From NCBI GenBank assembly GCA_965215275.1, contig OZ244044.1, positions 1,632,001 to 1,696,000 on the forward strand: a stretch of DNA of 64,000 bases, given 5' to 3'. Position numbers and translations under genes: made by a program. This DNA comes from Thermodesulfobacteriota bacterium. GTDB taxonomy: Bacteria > Desulfobacterota_D > UBA1144 > Nemesobacterales > JAJCZQ01. Below the pieces are notes generated by a model. It was not told the origin of the DNA, made no database searches, and saw only the letters and a list, made by a program, of their open reading frames with translations. Shown in pieces: positions 20,243 through 30,905 of this stretch. How positions within the stretch are numbered: position 1 is the first letter of the stretch; every line of letters starts with the position of its first letter.

Positions 20243-20317
20243 TGGAGCCAACGAGGGGAGTCGAACCCCTGACCTGATCATTACGAGTGAACTGCTCTAC
20301 CACTGAGCTACGTTGGC
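20243..20317 (-). tRNA. tRNA-Thr(CGT)
   Basis: Reverse complement GCCAACGTAGCTCAGTGGTAGAGCAGTTCACT-CGT-AATGATCAGGTCAGGGGTTCGACTCCCCTCGTTGGCTCCA: acceptor stem, D arm, T-loop, encoded CCA. Confidence 0.96.
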
Positions 20318-20448
20318 TTTGCAAGAAAATTTAAAAGATCCATACGATCTGTAATCGTTACGGTTAAACAGTATACAGTAAAGTGCCTGTTTACTAAATC
20401 ATGCGGGAGATATTGGTTTAACATTAAACGCACCGGCAAATTTCGCTG

Positions 20449-21855
20449 TTATGTTTCGGACGACGCACCGGTCAAAATAAGGTCTGCGGCTTTTTGTCCG
20501 CTTTTAATGCAATCTGGTATTCCTATACCGTCATACGCGTTACCCGCAACTGCTACGGTTCCCAGACCCGCCGTTATATGATCTATCTTTTTGATCAGGT
20601 CTGAATGTCCTAAATTGTATTGAGGTATAGCGTTAAGGTATTTTTTTATTCTGACGAACAGGGGTTTTATATCTGTGTTCAGTATCAGTCTGAACTCGTC
20701 GATAAGCAGATCGGTTATTTCATGTTCATTTTTACGGGTCAGGTTCAGATTAAGCGTTCCGCCGGCAAAACATCTGACCGTTTCGTACCCTTCTTTACTC
20801 ATATACGGGAATTTACGACTTGTGAAAGAGCACGCCAGTATGTTCATTTTTTCTGAAGGAGGAACAACGATACCTATGCCTTCGGGAAAATCCTTCAGGT
20901 CTTTTCTTGAAACTGCCATGTTGACGACGACCGAGGACGCACATTCGATCTTTCCCAGCGTACTGGACAGACCAGCGTCTATGCCTTTAGCAAGTTCAGA
21001 CGCGGTATCAGGGGGAACTGCAAGAACGACCGCGTCAGCAATGTACGTGTTATTTCTCGTGTCCTTTAGTATCCAGCCGTTACCTTCTCTGGAAATTGAC
21101 GTTACCTCACGTCCATAATGAAAATTAACCCCGCTTATAGCTTTAACAAGGCCGTCGACCAGTCTGCTCATACCTCCCTGAAGAGATAAGAACAGGCCAT
21201 ATCTTGCTCCGCTTTCAGCTTTTGAAGGTGAATACTTTTCCTGCAACCCTTTGATCACGCTACCGAATTTTTTCTCCATTGATATAAATTCGGGTAAGAC
21301 GGAGGCAGCGCTCAGCTTTTTTGTATCCCCGGTATAGATCCCTCCGAGCAGGGGTTTGGCGGCTTTTTCCAGAAGGGCGTTCCCAAATCTCCTTTTAACG
21401 AACTCATCCACGCTCTCTTCCTCTTCGGTCTCTTTTACCGGGACGTGCTGTTCGTATAATATCCTTTCCTTTTCCTCCACGGAGAAAAAATCGCTCATCA
21501 TAAATGAATTTAAATCTGAAGGGGACATGAGAAAAAAACCATCTGGCAGGGCTTTCAGTTTGCCACCCAGATATACAAAGCATTTTCTGTTGTTCGTGTT
21601 GACGGGGATCAGCTCGGGTCCTAATCCTACCTCCCTGCTTATCTCCAGTGCCCAGGGCTTTGAAGTAATAAAGGAATCGGCTCCTTCTTCAACTATAAAT
21701 CCGTCTTCTTTTAAGGTGGAGATCGTTCCTCCCGGCGTGTTGCTTTTCTCTATTATATCTATCTCCAGAGCCGCTCCGAGTTCTTCGGTAAGTTTACTCA
21801 GATGGTATGCACTGCTTAAACCGGAGATGCCGGCACCAATTATTGCGATCTTCAT
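20449..21855 (-). CDS. hemY: Protoporphyrinogen/coproporphyrinogen oxidase (HemY type)
   Basis: GAGISGL, EEGADSF, IPQY, GIGIPDCI. Confidence 0.94.
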   Translation of the reverse strand: MKIAIIGAGISGLSSAYHLSKLTEELGAALEIDIIEKSNTPGGTISTLKEDGFIVEEGADSFITSKPWALEISREVGLGPELIPVNTNNRKCFVYLGGKLKALPDGFFLMSPSDLNSFMMSDFFSVEEKERILYEQHVPVKETEEEESVDEFVKRRFGNALLEKAAKPLLGGIYTGDTKKLSAASVLPEFISMEKKFGSVIKGLQEKYSPSKAESGARYGLFLSLQGGMSRLVDGLVKAISGVNFHYGREVTSISREGNGWILKDTRNNTYIADAVVLAVPPDTASELAKGIDAGLSSTLGKIECASSVVVNMAVSRKDLKDFPEGIGIVVPPSEKMNILACSFTSRKFPYMSKEGYETVRCFAGGTLNLNLTRKNEHEITDLLIDEFRLILNTDIKPLFVRIKKYLNAIPQYNLGHSDLIKKIDHITAGLGTVAVAGNAYDGIGIPDCIKSGQKAADLILTGASSET

Positions 21856-21864
21856 CGGGTAGCT

Positions 21865-22824
21865 CTATTGACGTGGCATGTGTCTTACGACCTCGTCACG
21901 GATAGCTCTGATGAACAGGTCATTGTCGTTGACGGTCTTGGCAACGTGTAAGTTCACTCCGGCTTTTTCCGCGGTTTCGCGGGCCTCTATGCCGATGTCG
22001 AAAAGCACTTCAACGTGGTCACACATAAATCCTATTGCCTGTATCACTATGTTCTTTATTCCCTTGTTCCCCAGTTCCTCTATAACGTCGCAGACGTCAG
22101 GTTCAAGCCAGGGAGTATCGGGAGAACCACTTCTGCTCTGGTAGGCGGTCATCCAGTTCCTGTGCTGCAGGTTTTCCGCAACTAATCTGGCTGATCTTTC
22201 GAACTGTGTAGCATAAGGTGAGGCTTCGGCCATTTTTACGGGGATACTGTGTGCCGTAAATATTAGTTTTGTGTTTTCCAGCTCCGGACCGTTTATTTTC
22301 TCAAGACATTTTCTGATCTGAGCGCTGCTGCTCTCTATGAACAGGGGATTATCAAAAAGTGGCTCGGTATAAACGAACTCTATATCAGCCCCTGACCTTG
22401 CAACTGCCTCGCTGACGTCCCTTTGATATCTTTGCCAGCTGGCGTCGCACTGGTGCAGAGCCATTATCACGCCTATTGCCCTGCTGACCCCCAGGTCCGC
22501 TATCTTTTTTACGCTGTCGTATATAAAAGGATGCCAGTTCCTCATACCGATAAACACCGGGACCTCGTATCCGTCTTCTGATAACATATCCTCTAATTTT
22601 TCTGCCTGCTTTCTCGTCAGGTCGTTCAGAGGTGATCTGCCGCCAATGAGCTTATAATGATGTGCCACTTCTTTTAACCTGTCTTCAGGTATTGAAAATC
22701 CACTGGCTACGTTTTTAAGAAAGGGGATCACGTCTTCGGGTTTTTCAGGACCTCCGTACCCTATGAGCAGCACCGCTGTATTTTGAGGTTCGTTCTTGAG
22801 CCTGGTTGCTGTGTTCTTATTCAC
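21865..22824 (-). CDS. hemH: Ferrochelatase
   Basis: GGRSPL, FTAHSIP, YQSRSG, WLEPD, DHVEVLFD. Confidence 0.95.
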   Translation of the reverse strand: MNKNTATRLKNEPQNTAVLLIGYGGPEKPEDVIPFLKNVASGFSIPEDRLKEVAHHYKLIGGRSPLNDLTRKQAEKLEDMLSEDGYEVPVFIGMRNWHPFIYDSVKKIADLGVSRAIGVIMALHQCDASWQRYQRDVSEAVARSGADIEFVYTEPLFDNPLFIESSSAQIRKCLEKINGPELENTKLIFTAHSIPVKMAEASPYATQFERSARLVAENLQHRNWMTAYQSRSGSPDTPWLEPDVCDVIEELGNKGIKNIVIQAIGFMCDHVEVLFDIGIEARETAEKAGVNLHVAKTVNDNDLFIRAIRDEVVRHMPRQ

Positions 22825-22901
22825 TGAGGTCAGTACTATATAAGTTCAAATTGGAATTTACTGCGAGTTATTATACCACCGGTCTCTGCGTCTTGCGTCC
22901 C

Positions 22902-24860
22902 TTACTTGTTTTTGTTCATTTTATACGAATGCTCATGGACGGTGTCAACTAAGGACAGAACGTTGTCCACGGGAGTGTTGGGCAATATGCCGTGACCAAG
23001 ATTAAAGATATGTCCCGGTCTGCCGCCTGCCTCGTTAAGTATCCTCTTTGCCTCCTCATTGACCCGTGACCGGGTGGAAAGCAGGACTACCGGGTCCATA
23101 TTACCCTGTATTGCCTTGTTGTAACCTATCTGCTTCCATGCTGTTTTTATACTGACCTTCCAGTCAACGCCCACGACCCCGCAGCCTGTCCTGGCGATCT
23201 GCTTCAGGAGCGATGACGTGTCCGTGCCAAAAAGGATCACCGGCACGTTCCTGTCTATCATGCTCACAAGTTTTTTTGTATACGGAAAAACAAACTCCCT
23301 GTAGTCTCCGGGAGATAGGCAGCCGACCCAGCTGTCGAATATCTGAACGGCGTCTGCACCTGCTTCGATCTGTCCGTTCAGATAGGCCGCGGTGGCATCG
23401 GTAAGTCCGTTCATAAGCAGGTCCCATGATTCGGGGTCCTGAAGCATCAAGGTCTTGGTTTTTGCATAATTTTTGGACCCGCTTCCCTCGATCGCGTAAG
23501 ACGCAAGTGTGAAAGGAGCTCCGGAAAAACCTATTAATGCTTTCCCGGGGTCTAAGGCCTTTCTGGTCAGCCTGATGGCGTCGTAGACGAACTTCATCGA
23601 ATCCGGCTCGAACTCGGGAAGTGAACTGATCGACGATGAGGAGCCGAGTTTCTTACTTATCCTCGGTCCGTCGTTTGTTTGATATTCCAGGTCGAGCCCG
23701 AACGATTCCAGTATAAGCAGAATATCTGAAAATATTATAGCAGCGTCTACGTTCAGCTTTTCAGCCGCCATGAGAGTGACCTCAGCGGCAAGGTCACGGG
23801 TCTTGCACATCTCTGTAAAGGAGACCTTTGATCTGATCTGTCTGTACTCCCTAAGGAAACGTCCAGCCTGTCTCATGATCCAGACGGGTGTATAATCCGT
23901 TGTCTCAAGGTTGCAGGCTTTCAGAAAGACCGGATCTCGTTTTGCATTTTTAGGTCGAGGACCCTGAACGTTTTCCCATACCATGTCGGTCCTTTTCCAG
24001 TTAACGGTCTTTATTCCAAGACCTCGTGCCTTTCTTTTTTTGGTTAAAAGCCTGTTTGCCGTTCTGGCGAGTTCTCTGACCAGGTTTCCCATCCTGGGAT
24101 CGTTTGGTTCGTAATCTGCCGAGATCCCGTATTTTTTCAGGGTTTCCGTTGTAGTTGGCCCTATGGAGCCGATCACGACGTTGGATAATCCTTCATATAG
24201 ATCGTTCTTTGATCCCAGGTCAGAAGCAAGGCTGACGAGATTTACGACCTGTTGTGAACTTGTGAACAGAACAACGTCTTCATCCTTGCTGTGTATCGAC
24301 CGTATTGCAGTTTTAAGGGGCTGCAGGTCATCAGGGAAACCCCACTTGTACACGGTTATGGTCTTTACCTTTGCTCCTCTGTCCTCAAGGTTTTTTAGAA
24401 ATTCCCTGTTCTTGGCACCGTATTCCTGGACATAAATGGTTTTATTTTTAATTTCTAACTCCGAGTCCATGGTAGACAGAACGTCTTTCCATGTGTTTGG
24501 TGAGGGGATCGTTATATCAGGCTTTATACTTATCTCCCTCAGTGCCGCAACGGGTTTTGGACCTCTTGTGACCACGGTGACGTTCTGCAAAGCCGTAGTG
24601 TACTTTTCAAAACCGTCTTTCTTTGTCATAAGGTCAGACAGCATTCGTGTTCCGACCCCGGTGAATAAAACAAGGATATGGACCTTATTGCCGTAAAGGT
24701 CCTTGGCAAAACCGGATATGTCCTTTGACTGTACCGGTACTTCCTTCATGGACGGGGACACTCTGGGAACGCCGTTGTGATAGATGATCAGCCTTTCCAT
24801 TACATTTGAAAGACGGCTTTCAAATGAAGTGACCTTCAGTTTGTTAAAGTGTTCTGTCAT
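22902..24860 (-). CDS. hemE: Uroporphyrinogen-III synthase (HemD)-uroporphyrinogen decarboxylase (HemE) fusion
   Basis: N-half RGPKP, FTSSQQV, SIGPTT; C-half WIMRQAGR, IIFSDIL, FNLGHG. Confidence 0.92.
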   Translation of the reverse strand: MTEHFNKLKVTSFESRLSNVMERLIIYHNGVPRVSPSMKEVPVQSKDISGFAKDLYGNKVHILVLFTGVGTRMLSDLMTKKDGFEKYTTALQNVTVVTRGPKPVAALREISIKPDITIPSPNTWKDVLSTMDSELEIKNKTIYVQEYGAKNREFLKNLEDRGAKVKTITVYKWGFPDDLQPLKTAIRSIHSKDEDVVLFTSSQQVVNLVSLASDLGSKNDLYEGLSNVVIGSIGPTTTETLKKYGISADYEPNDPRMGNLVRELARTANRLLTKKRKARGLGIKTVNWKRTDMVWENVQGPRPKNAKRDPVFLKACNLETTDYTPVWIMRQAGRFLREYRQIRSKVSFTEMCKTRDLAAEVTLMAAEKLNVDAAIIFSDILLILESFGLDLEYQTNDGPRISKKLGSSSSISSLPEFEPDSMKFVYDAIRLTRKALDPGKALIGFSGAPFTLASYAIEGSGSKNYAKTKTLMLQDPESWDLLMNGLTDATAAYLNGQIEAGADAVQIFDSWVGCLSPGDYREFVFPYTKKLVSMIDRNVPVILFGTDTSSLLKQIARTGCGVVGVDWKVSIKTAWKQIGYNKAIQGNMDPVVLLSTRSRVNEEAKRILNEAGGRPGHIFNLGHGILPNTPVDNVLSLVDTVHEHSYKMNKNK

Positions 24861-24980
24861 GCAGGTAACCTGTTATGAACTGTACGTAACTGCTCACCTA
24901 ATTTATCCGTTATAATTGATTTTTCTAATTATTGTTGAGATACTTTTAGCAGATTATCTTTTTTTACTGGAATTATTTCA

Positions 24981-26249
24981 TTGTCATTTTCCGTCTACTA
25001 TAAGAACGATGAGCTTTATATGGAGGGCGTTCCCGTCAGGGAAGTTGCCGAAAGCGTTGGGACCCCGTGTTTTCTTTACAGTCACAGGTCGATAGTGGAC
25101 AGCTTTAACGGCTACTCGAAGGCCCTTTCAGATATAGATCACGTGATCTGTTTTTCGGTCAAAGCCAATTCCAATATTGCGGTCCTCAGGCTGTTTGCCG
25201 ATATGGACGCCGGCTTTGATATAGTGTCCGCTGGAGAATTAAGCCGCGTTATCAAAGCAGGTGGCGATATGGCTAAAGTAGTTTTTTCAGGCGTTGGCAA
25301 GAAGGAAGCGGAGATAGCGGCTGCCATAGACGCTGGAATACTTTTTTTTAACGTTGAGTCCGTCGAGGAACTTAACTGCATTAACGAGACCGGTATGAAA
25401 ATGGGAAGGAAAGCCCCGGTCGCCCTGAGGGTCAATCCGGATATAAATCCCAGAACGCACCGTTATATCTCCACGGGTTTTAAAAAGAGTAAATTCGGAA
25501 TTCAGCTGGACAGGTCCGTTCAGATATATAAAAATGCTTCAAAAATGGAAGGGATAGAGATAGTTGGAATAGATGCACATATCGGATCTCAGATATTCGA
25601 CCTGTCCTCATTTACCGATTCTGTGGAAAGACTGGTCTTGCTTGCTGACACGTTAAAAGGTGAAGGTATTGATATCAGATATATGGATATAGGGGGTGGG
25701 CTGGCCATAAATTATAAAGCGGACGAGACGCCTCCTTCTGTCGTTGAGTACGCCGAGGTCATTAAAAAGGTCATATCTGAAAAAAGCCCTTATACAGTAA
25801 TAGTTGAACCGGGACGTTCATTAATTGGCAATTCAGGTATAATGGTAACGGAGGTCCTGTATAACAAAGAAGGGACTTCTAAAGATTTTGTTATTGTTGA
25901 TGCTGCTATGAACGACTTGATAAGGCCTGCTTTTTACGACGCTCACCATGAGATCGTTCCGGTTAATATATCAAATTCCGGAACCTGCAAGGTTGATGTA
26001 GTGGGTCCGATCTGCGAGTCTGGGGATTTCCTGGCAACTGATCGAGAACTCCCTGCCGTTTCAAGAGGGGATTACCTGTCGGTGCTAAGTGCCGGAGCCT
26101 ATGGATTTGTTATGTCCTCTAATTACAACTCAAGAACGAGGGCACCTGAAGTAATGGTAAAAGAAAACGAATTTGAGATAATAAAACAAAGAGAGACGTT
26201 TGATGATCTGATCAAAGGAGAAAGGATACCGGGGTTTTTTAAGAGTTAA
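24981..26249 (+). CDS. lysA: Diaminopimelate decarboxylase
   Basis: SVKAN, SKFG, HIGSQ, EPGR, GPICESGD, SNYN. Confidence 0.97.
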   Translation: MSFSVYYKNDELYMEGVPVREVAESVGTPCFLYSHRSIVDSFNGYSKALSDIDHVICFSVKANSNIAVLRLFADMDAGFDIVSAGELSRVIKAGGDMAKVVFSGVGKKEAEIAAAIDAGILFFNVESVEELNCINETGMKMGRKAPVALRVNPDINPRTHRYISTGFKKSKFGIQLDRSVQIYKNASKMEGIEIVGIDAHIGSQIFDLSSFTDSVERLVLLADTLKGEGIDIRYMDIGGGLAINYKADETPPSVVEYAEVIKKVISEKSPYTVIVEPGRSLIGNSGIMVTEVLYNKEGTSKDFVIVDAAMNDLIRPAFYDAHHEIVPVNISNSGTCKVDVVGPICESGDFLATDRELPAVSRGDYLSVLSAGAYGFVMSSNYNSRTRAPEVMVKENEFEIIKQRETFDDLIKGERIPGFFKS

Positions 26250-26313
26250 GGGATCTACGACCTTAATTATCTTTCATGTAATAAAAAACTAATAAAGTAA
26301 TCAGGAGATACAA

Positions 26314-26952
26314 ATGGACATTGTTAGCTCATTTGCCGAACTGGCACATAAAACGGGTGTATTTATATACCCACTTCTTCTATGTTCCGTAATAGGAGTT
26401 GCAGTCTTTCTTGAAAAATACTGGCAGCTGAGAGATAAGAACATCCTTCCGGGTGCTTTTCTTGGCAGATTATACGACCTGCTGGGTAAGGGCAAGATCG
26501 AAGATGCCAGGGATTTCTGTAACGGGGATGACTCTGTGATCTCCAGGATAGCCGTCGTCGCGATAGAATCACGTGACTTTACAAAAGATCACAGAATGGA
26601 GGAACTGGAAAGAGTTGGACATAACGAAGTGTTTAATTTAGGCAGGCACATAGAGATCCTGGGCGTTATCAGTACCATAAGCACTCTGCTTGGGCTGCTC
26701 GGGACGATCTCCGGTATGATAAAGATCTTCAGCGTGATCTCTTCGCAGGACGTTGTAAATCCGCCGGCGTTGGCAGGGGGAATATCAGAGGCACTGTACA
26801 CGACCGCTGTGGGGCTTTCCATAGCGATCCTTACCTTTCTTGCCTACAAATACATATCGGCAAAGTACGAAGAGTTCGTTATCCTGCTTGAGCAAGAGGG
26901 CGTGAGGATCATGGAAGTTATTTTGGAATCCCAGAACGCCCCATCTAAATGA
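26314..26952 (+). CDS. MotA/TolQ/ExbB proton channel protein
   Basis: LLGLLGTISGMI, GISEALYTTAVGL. Confidence 0.93.
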   Translation: MDIVSSFAELAHKTGVFIYPLLLCSVIGVAVFLEKYWQLRDKNILPGAFLGRLYDLLGKGKIEDARDFCNGDDSVISRIAVVAIESRDFTKDHRMEELERVGHNEVFNLGRHIEILGVISTISTLLGLLGTISGMIKIFSVISSQDVVNPPALAGGISEALYTTAVGLSIAILTFLAYKYISAKYEEFVILLEQEGVRIMEVILESQNAPSK

Positions 26953-27362
26953 TCATGAAATTCAGACGCAGTAAAGCAGAAACGGTTTCATCATTAACCC
27001 TTGATATAACTCCACTGGTGGACGTTGTGTTCAATATGCTTATATTCTTTGCACTGACCTTGAACTTTGCGATGTCGGACAGTATTAAGGTCAACCTCCC
27101 TGCCTCTTCTGCAAAAGCCAGTAAACCACCAGCGGAAAGTATAAAAATAAGTATAGACAAAGATGGGACCGTATTTTACAACGAAGACACGGCTTCCTTA
27201 AAAGAGGTCAGACAGTATCTGAGGTCCACAGGTGACAAGAGATCAGTTGTTATTATAAGGGCGGATACCCAGGTGCTGCACGGAAAAGTGGTACAGATCA
27301 TGGATATGGCAAAATCTGAAGGATTTTCAAAACTTTCCATAGCGGTTGAAAGAAAGAACTGA
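26949..27362 (+). CDS. ExbD/TolR family protein
   Basis: DITPLVDVVFNMLIFF, IIRAD. Confidence 0.93.
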   Translation: MIMKFRRSKAETVSSLTLDITPLVDVVFNMLIFFALTLNFAMSDSIKVNLPASSAKASKPPAESIKISIDKDGTVFYNEDTASLKEVRQYLRSTGDKRSVVIIRADTQVLHGKVVQIMDMAKSEGFSKLSIAVERKN

Positions 27363-27442
27363 TTTGCAGTTTAAGGATAAAATGACAGAATTACCAATAA
27401 TTTTATAGAGTTTCAAGAACTTGGAAGGAGGTTGAGAAAAAA

Positions 27443-27943
27443 TTGAGTAAGACAAGAAGTGATGAACATTTTTATGTAGGTAAAGGAGGAGAACATTTGG
27501 TATGTAGTGAACTTTTATTTCACAAATTCGACGCAAGCATAATGAGCGTTGATACGGGAATAGACATTGCTGTTGTTAAAGACAATAGGTTTTTTGGTAT
27601 TCAGGTTAAAACATCCCAACCTCGTAAAAAAACCAAGTTCTCCACCAATTACAGCTGGACTATTTCAAGAAGTTCTATGGAGAAGCACAATAAAAGTAAT
27701 ATTTTTTACATCTTTGTTTTGATAGATGGTCTAAAGAAAGATTGTTTAATTTTACCGTTAACTGAAATGGAGAAACGCATCGACCAAGGAATAATCAAGG
27801 TTGTAAATCAAAACAGTGATAAATATAAATCTTCATATTCAATAGCAGTAAAATTTAAAAATGACAAATATTATCTTGGTCGTGGTACCACTCACGAAAA
27901 CGAAATGACTTACTTCTTAAATAACTGGGATATTATTAAATAA
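27443..27943 (+). CDS. Putative PD-(D/E)XK nuclease, AT-rich
   Basis: GxxGE...GID...IQVKT pattern of restriction-endonuclease-like fold. Confidence 0.7.
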   Translation: MSKTRSDEHFYVGKGGEHLVCSELLFHKFDASIMSVDTGIDIAVVKDNRFFGIQVKTSQPRKKTKFSTNYSWTISRSSMEKHNKSNIFYIFVLIDGLKKDCLILPLTEMEKRIDQGIIKVVNQNSDKYKSSYSIAVKFKNDKYYLGRGTTHENEMTYFLNNWDIIK

Positions 27944-28299
27944 GGGATTATATATGCCTAATTACTAAAGAAACTTTAACTCAAATATGGTATTGCTCTA
28001 ACTAAAATATCAACAATGATTTTCTCTTATTTCAAGTTATTTATATGATTTTCGTTTCTTTAGTTCGTTAAAGTTCAATAAGTTTTCATTCGAGCTTGGT
28101 CCACTTCTTTTTTACTGATTTGAAATCACCGGTCGTATCCCTGTATCTGATATTGTTACCTTCCTGAATGGTCATGATCTGTACCCGTGACCCGTTCTGC
28201 GTACCGGGTTCTTTCGGGATAGTTTTATCCGGATGGTCTGGATGAATCCTTAATTTTGGTTTAAACTAATATAATCGACAATAATAAGGTAAGCAGATA

Positions 28300-30015
28300 A
28301 TGAAAAAAACACCCCGAACTAAACCAAAGGACTTAATGCACACGGTCAGCTATAAGAGAGAAAACGGGAAGTTTGACGTTGAGTGGTACCTGAAGGAGGA
28401 TATGACTGGATGGGTGCTTCCTGAAATACTGAAAAAGCAGGCAAAGGAACTGGGGAAAAAGCCGTTCTTACAGTTTGGATATAACAGGCCTGTAAGCTTT
28501 TACCAGACGAACCAGCTTGCCAACAGGATTGCGAACGGATTGATGGAACTGGGCGTTAAAAAGCAGGAAAAGGTCGCGGTATATATGCCAAACTCCGACG
28601 ACTACGTTATTACATGGTTTGGCATACTTAAGATGTGTGCCGTTATGGTACCGATCAACACGGCGTACGTTATGGACTTTCTTCAGTACATTATTGAAAG
28701 CTCTGATGCAAAGGTCCTTTTTATAGACGAGAACTACCTTGACAGACTTCGTCCGATAGCCCGGAAGCTCCCTCAGCTTGAAAGCGTAATAGTATGGAAA
28801 AAAGACGGGACACTTAAACCTAAGAAAAGCGGTTTTAAATTTAAGAACATGGTGTCTTATTCGGATTTTATATCCTCTCAGAGTGCAAAAGAACCCAGAG
28901 TTGAGATCACCTTTATGGATTATGCAAGGCTGATGTACACTTCGGGAACTACAGGAAGGTCAAAAGGCGTTATGAGACCGTCAGCTGCCGATTACAGCAG
29001 TGCAAGGAACTACATCGAGATAATGGACATCGGCCCGGATGACGTCTGTTTTACGTGCCTGCCTTTATTTCATTCAAATGCAATGGTCATGACCGTTTAT
29101 CCCGCTCTGATAAGAGGTGCGAAGGCTGTCGTGGAAGAAAAATACAGTGCACGCAACTTCTGGAAATGGATAGTTGACCACAAGGTGACGAAGTTTAATC
29201 TCGTTGGCACGATATGCTATTTTATCTGGAATACCCCTCCCGTGCCCGAGGAGAAGCAGCATTGTGTGAAGCTGGTTCTGGGTTCGCCTGCACCACACGA
29301 TATTATAGAAGAATTTATGGAAAGGTTTAACATAAGGTTTATGGAGGGTTATGGATTGACGGAGATCGGTCAGTGCACCTGGATGAGGCCTGGTGAACCT
29401 TTTAGGGTCGGGTCTTGCGGAAAAGAAGCTCCGAATTATGAAATAAAGGTCGTTGATCCTGAAACGGACCTGGAAGTTTCAAGGGGTGACATAGGAGAAA
29501 TAGTGGTAAGACCGAGGATCTCTAATATAATGCTTCACTATTACCATAAAATGCCTGAAAAGACGGTACAGGATTTCAGGAATTTCTGGTTTCACACGGG
29601 TGATGCGGGAAGGATGGATAAGGACGGGTATATATATTTTGTTGACCGCGTGAAGGATTACATAAGGAGAAGAGGGGAAAATATAAGTTCATTTGAGGTT
29701 GAAAAGATCGTTAATTCATATCCGGATATAGAAGAATCCGCCGTAATAGGCGTTAAGGCGGAAGAAGGCAGGTACGCTGAAAATGAGATCATGATAGTTG
29801 TGATCCCGAAAGGGAATAAAACTGTGGACCCCGTGGACCTGATAAAGTTCCTTGAACCAAAGATGCCTGCTTTTATGATTCCCAGGTACGTCAGATCTGT
29901 AAAGGACCTTCCCAAAACCGGAACGCAGAGAACGCAGAAGAACAAGATCAGAGAGCAGGGGATTACAAAAGATACCTGGGACAGAGAGAGATCTGGTTAC
30001 AAATTAAAGAAATAA
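28300..30015 (+). CDS. ATP-dependent acyl-CoA ligase (CaiC-like)
   Basis: YTSGTTGRSKG, GYGLTE, FHTGD, RRGENISS. Confidence 0.93.
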   Translation: MKKTPRTKPKDLMHTVSYKRENGKFDVEWYLKEDMTGWVLPEILKKQAKELGKKPFLQFGYNRPVSFYQTNQLANRIANGLMELGVKKQEKVAVYMPNSDDYVITWFGILKMCAVMVPINTAYVMDFLQYIIESSDAKVLFIDENYLDRLRPIARKLPQLESVIVWKKDGTLKPKKSGFKFKNMVSYSDFISSQSAKEPRVEITFMDYARLMYTSGTTGRSKGVMRPSAADYSSARNYIEIMDIGPDDVCFTCLPLFHSNAMVMTVYPALIRGAKAVVEEKYSARNFWKWIVDHKVTKFNLVGTICYFIWNTPPVPEEKQHCVKLVLGSPAPHDIIEEFMERFNIRFMEGYGLTEIGQCTWMRPGEPFRVGSCGKEAPNYEIKVVDPETDLEVSRGDIGEIVVRPRISNIMLHYYHKMPEKTVQDFRNFWFHTGDAGRMDKDGYIYFVDRVKDYIRRRGENISSFEVEKIVNSYPDIEESAVIGVKAEEGRYAENEIMIVVIPKGNKTVDPVDLIKFLEPKMPAFMIPRYVRSVKDLPKTGTQRTQKNKIREQGITKDTWDRERSGYKLKK

Positions 30016-30190
30016 AAACAGTTTTCAGGGGGATATGGTCATAACGCGTGGGAACGGCAGATCAGATGGGATTTGCTTTGCCTGTTTCACAATGCCGATG
30101 TGAACGGTTATTCGTCCTTGAAAACAGTTAAAATGGTTGATAACCTTTAATTAATTTGAGTTGTGTAGTTTAAGGTTCAGGAGGTATCGG

Positions 30191-30901
30191 ATGAGTAAAG
30201 TGAAAGTATTTATGGTTGTTACTGCTGTACTGATAGCGGGATTCTACACTTATGGTTGTGTTTCCAAGGTACAAAAGAAATTATCTGACACCCAGGCTGC
30301 TTTGATATCAGCGAAAGAAGCGGGGGCAGAAGGTACCTCACTGTATAAGAACGTGGAAGACCTGATCGCAAAAGCGAATGAACTTATGGCCGAAGGGAAA
30401 CAGGACGAGGCGGTCGATCTTTTGGAGGAAGCGAGAACCAAGGCTATTGTAGCAAAAGGGGAGATAATCGAGACGGATTACATGGAGATGAGATCCGATG
30501 CCGAGTTACAAGAGGAAGCCGCCAGACTGAAAGTTCAGAAATTCGAGGCTTCAAGTATGCTTCAGGATGTGTTTTTTGACTTTGACAGTGCTAAAATAAC
30601 GCCTGCTTCAAGGCAGGTACTTGATAAAAGTATAAAATATCTTATGAAAGATCCGGAAAGTTCGAAGGTCGTTGTTGTAGAGGGTTATTGCGACGTGCGG
30701 GGAACGGAAGAATATAACCTTGCACTTGCACAGCGAAGGGCCGACACCGTGAAGTTCTATATGATCGGAAGGGGCGTACCCAGTTCAATGATCAGGGCGG
30801 TAGGTAAAGGTGAGACTGACCGATGGGGTGCCGGTACGTCGGATTATCAATACAGTCAGAACAGACGGGCACGTTTTATCGTTGAACGGATCAGTGAGTA
30901 A
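30191..30901 (+). CDS. OmpA/Pal-like lipoprotein with extended helical N-domain
   Basis: TYGC lipobox-like, VFFDFDS, GYCDVRGTEEYNLALAQRRA, NRR; upstream of cpoB. Confidence 0.88.
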   Translation: MSKVKVFMVVTAVLIAGFYTYGCVSKVQKKLSDTQAALISAKEAGAEGTSLYKNVEDLIAKANELMAEGKQDEAVDLLEEARTKAIVAKGEIIETDYMEMRSDAELQEEAARLKVQKFEASSMLQDVFFDFDSAKITPASRQVLDKSIKYLMKDPESSKVVVVEGYCDVRGTEEYNLALAQRRADTVKFYMIGRGVPSSMIRAVGKGETDRWGAGTSDYQYSQNRRARFIVERISE

Positions 30902-30905
30902 ACGG

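Noticed and set aside
20161..20317. Integrative element at tRNA-Thr
   Set aside because: No integrase and no duplicated tRNA 3' end seen in the window.
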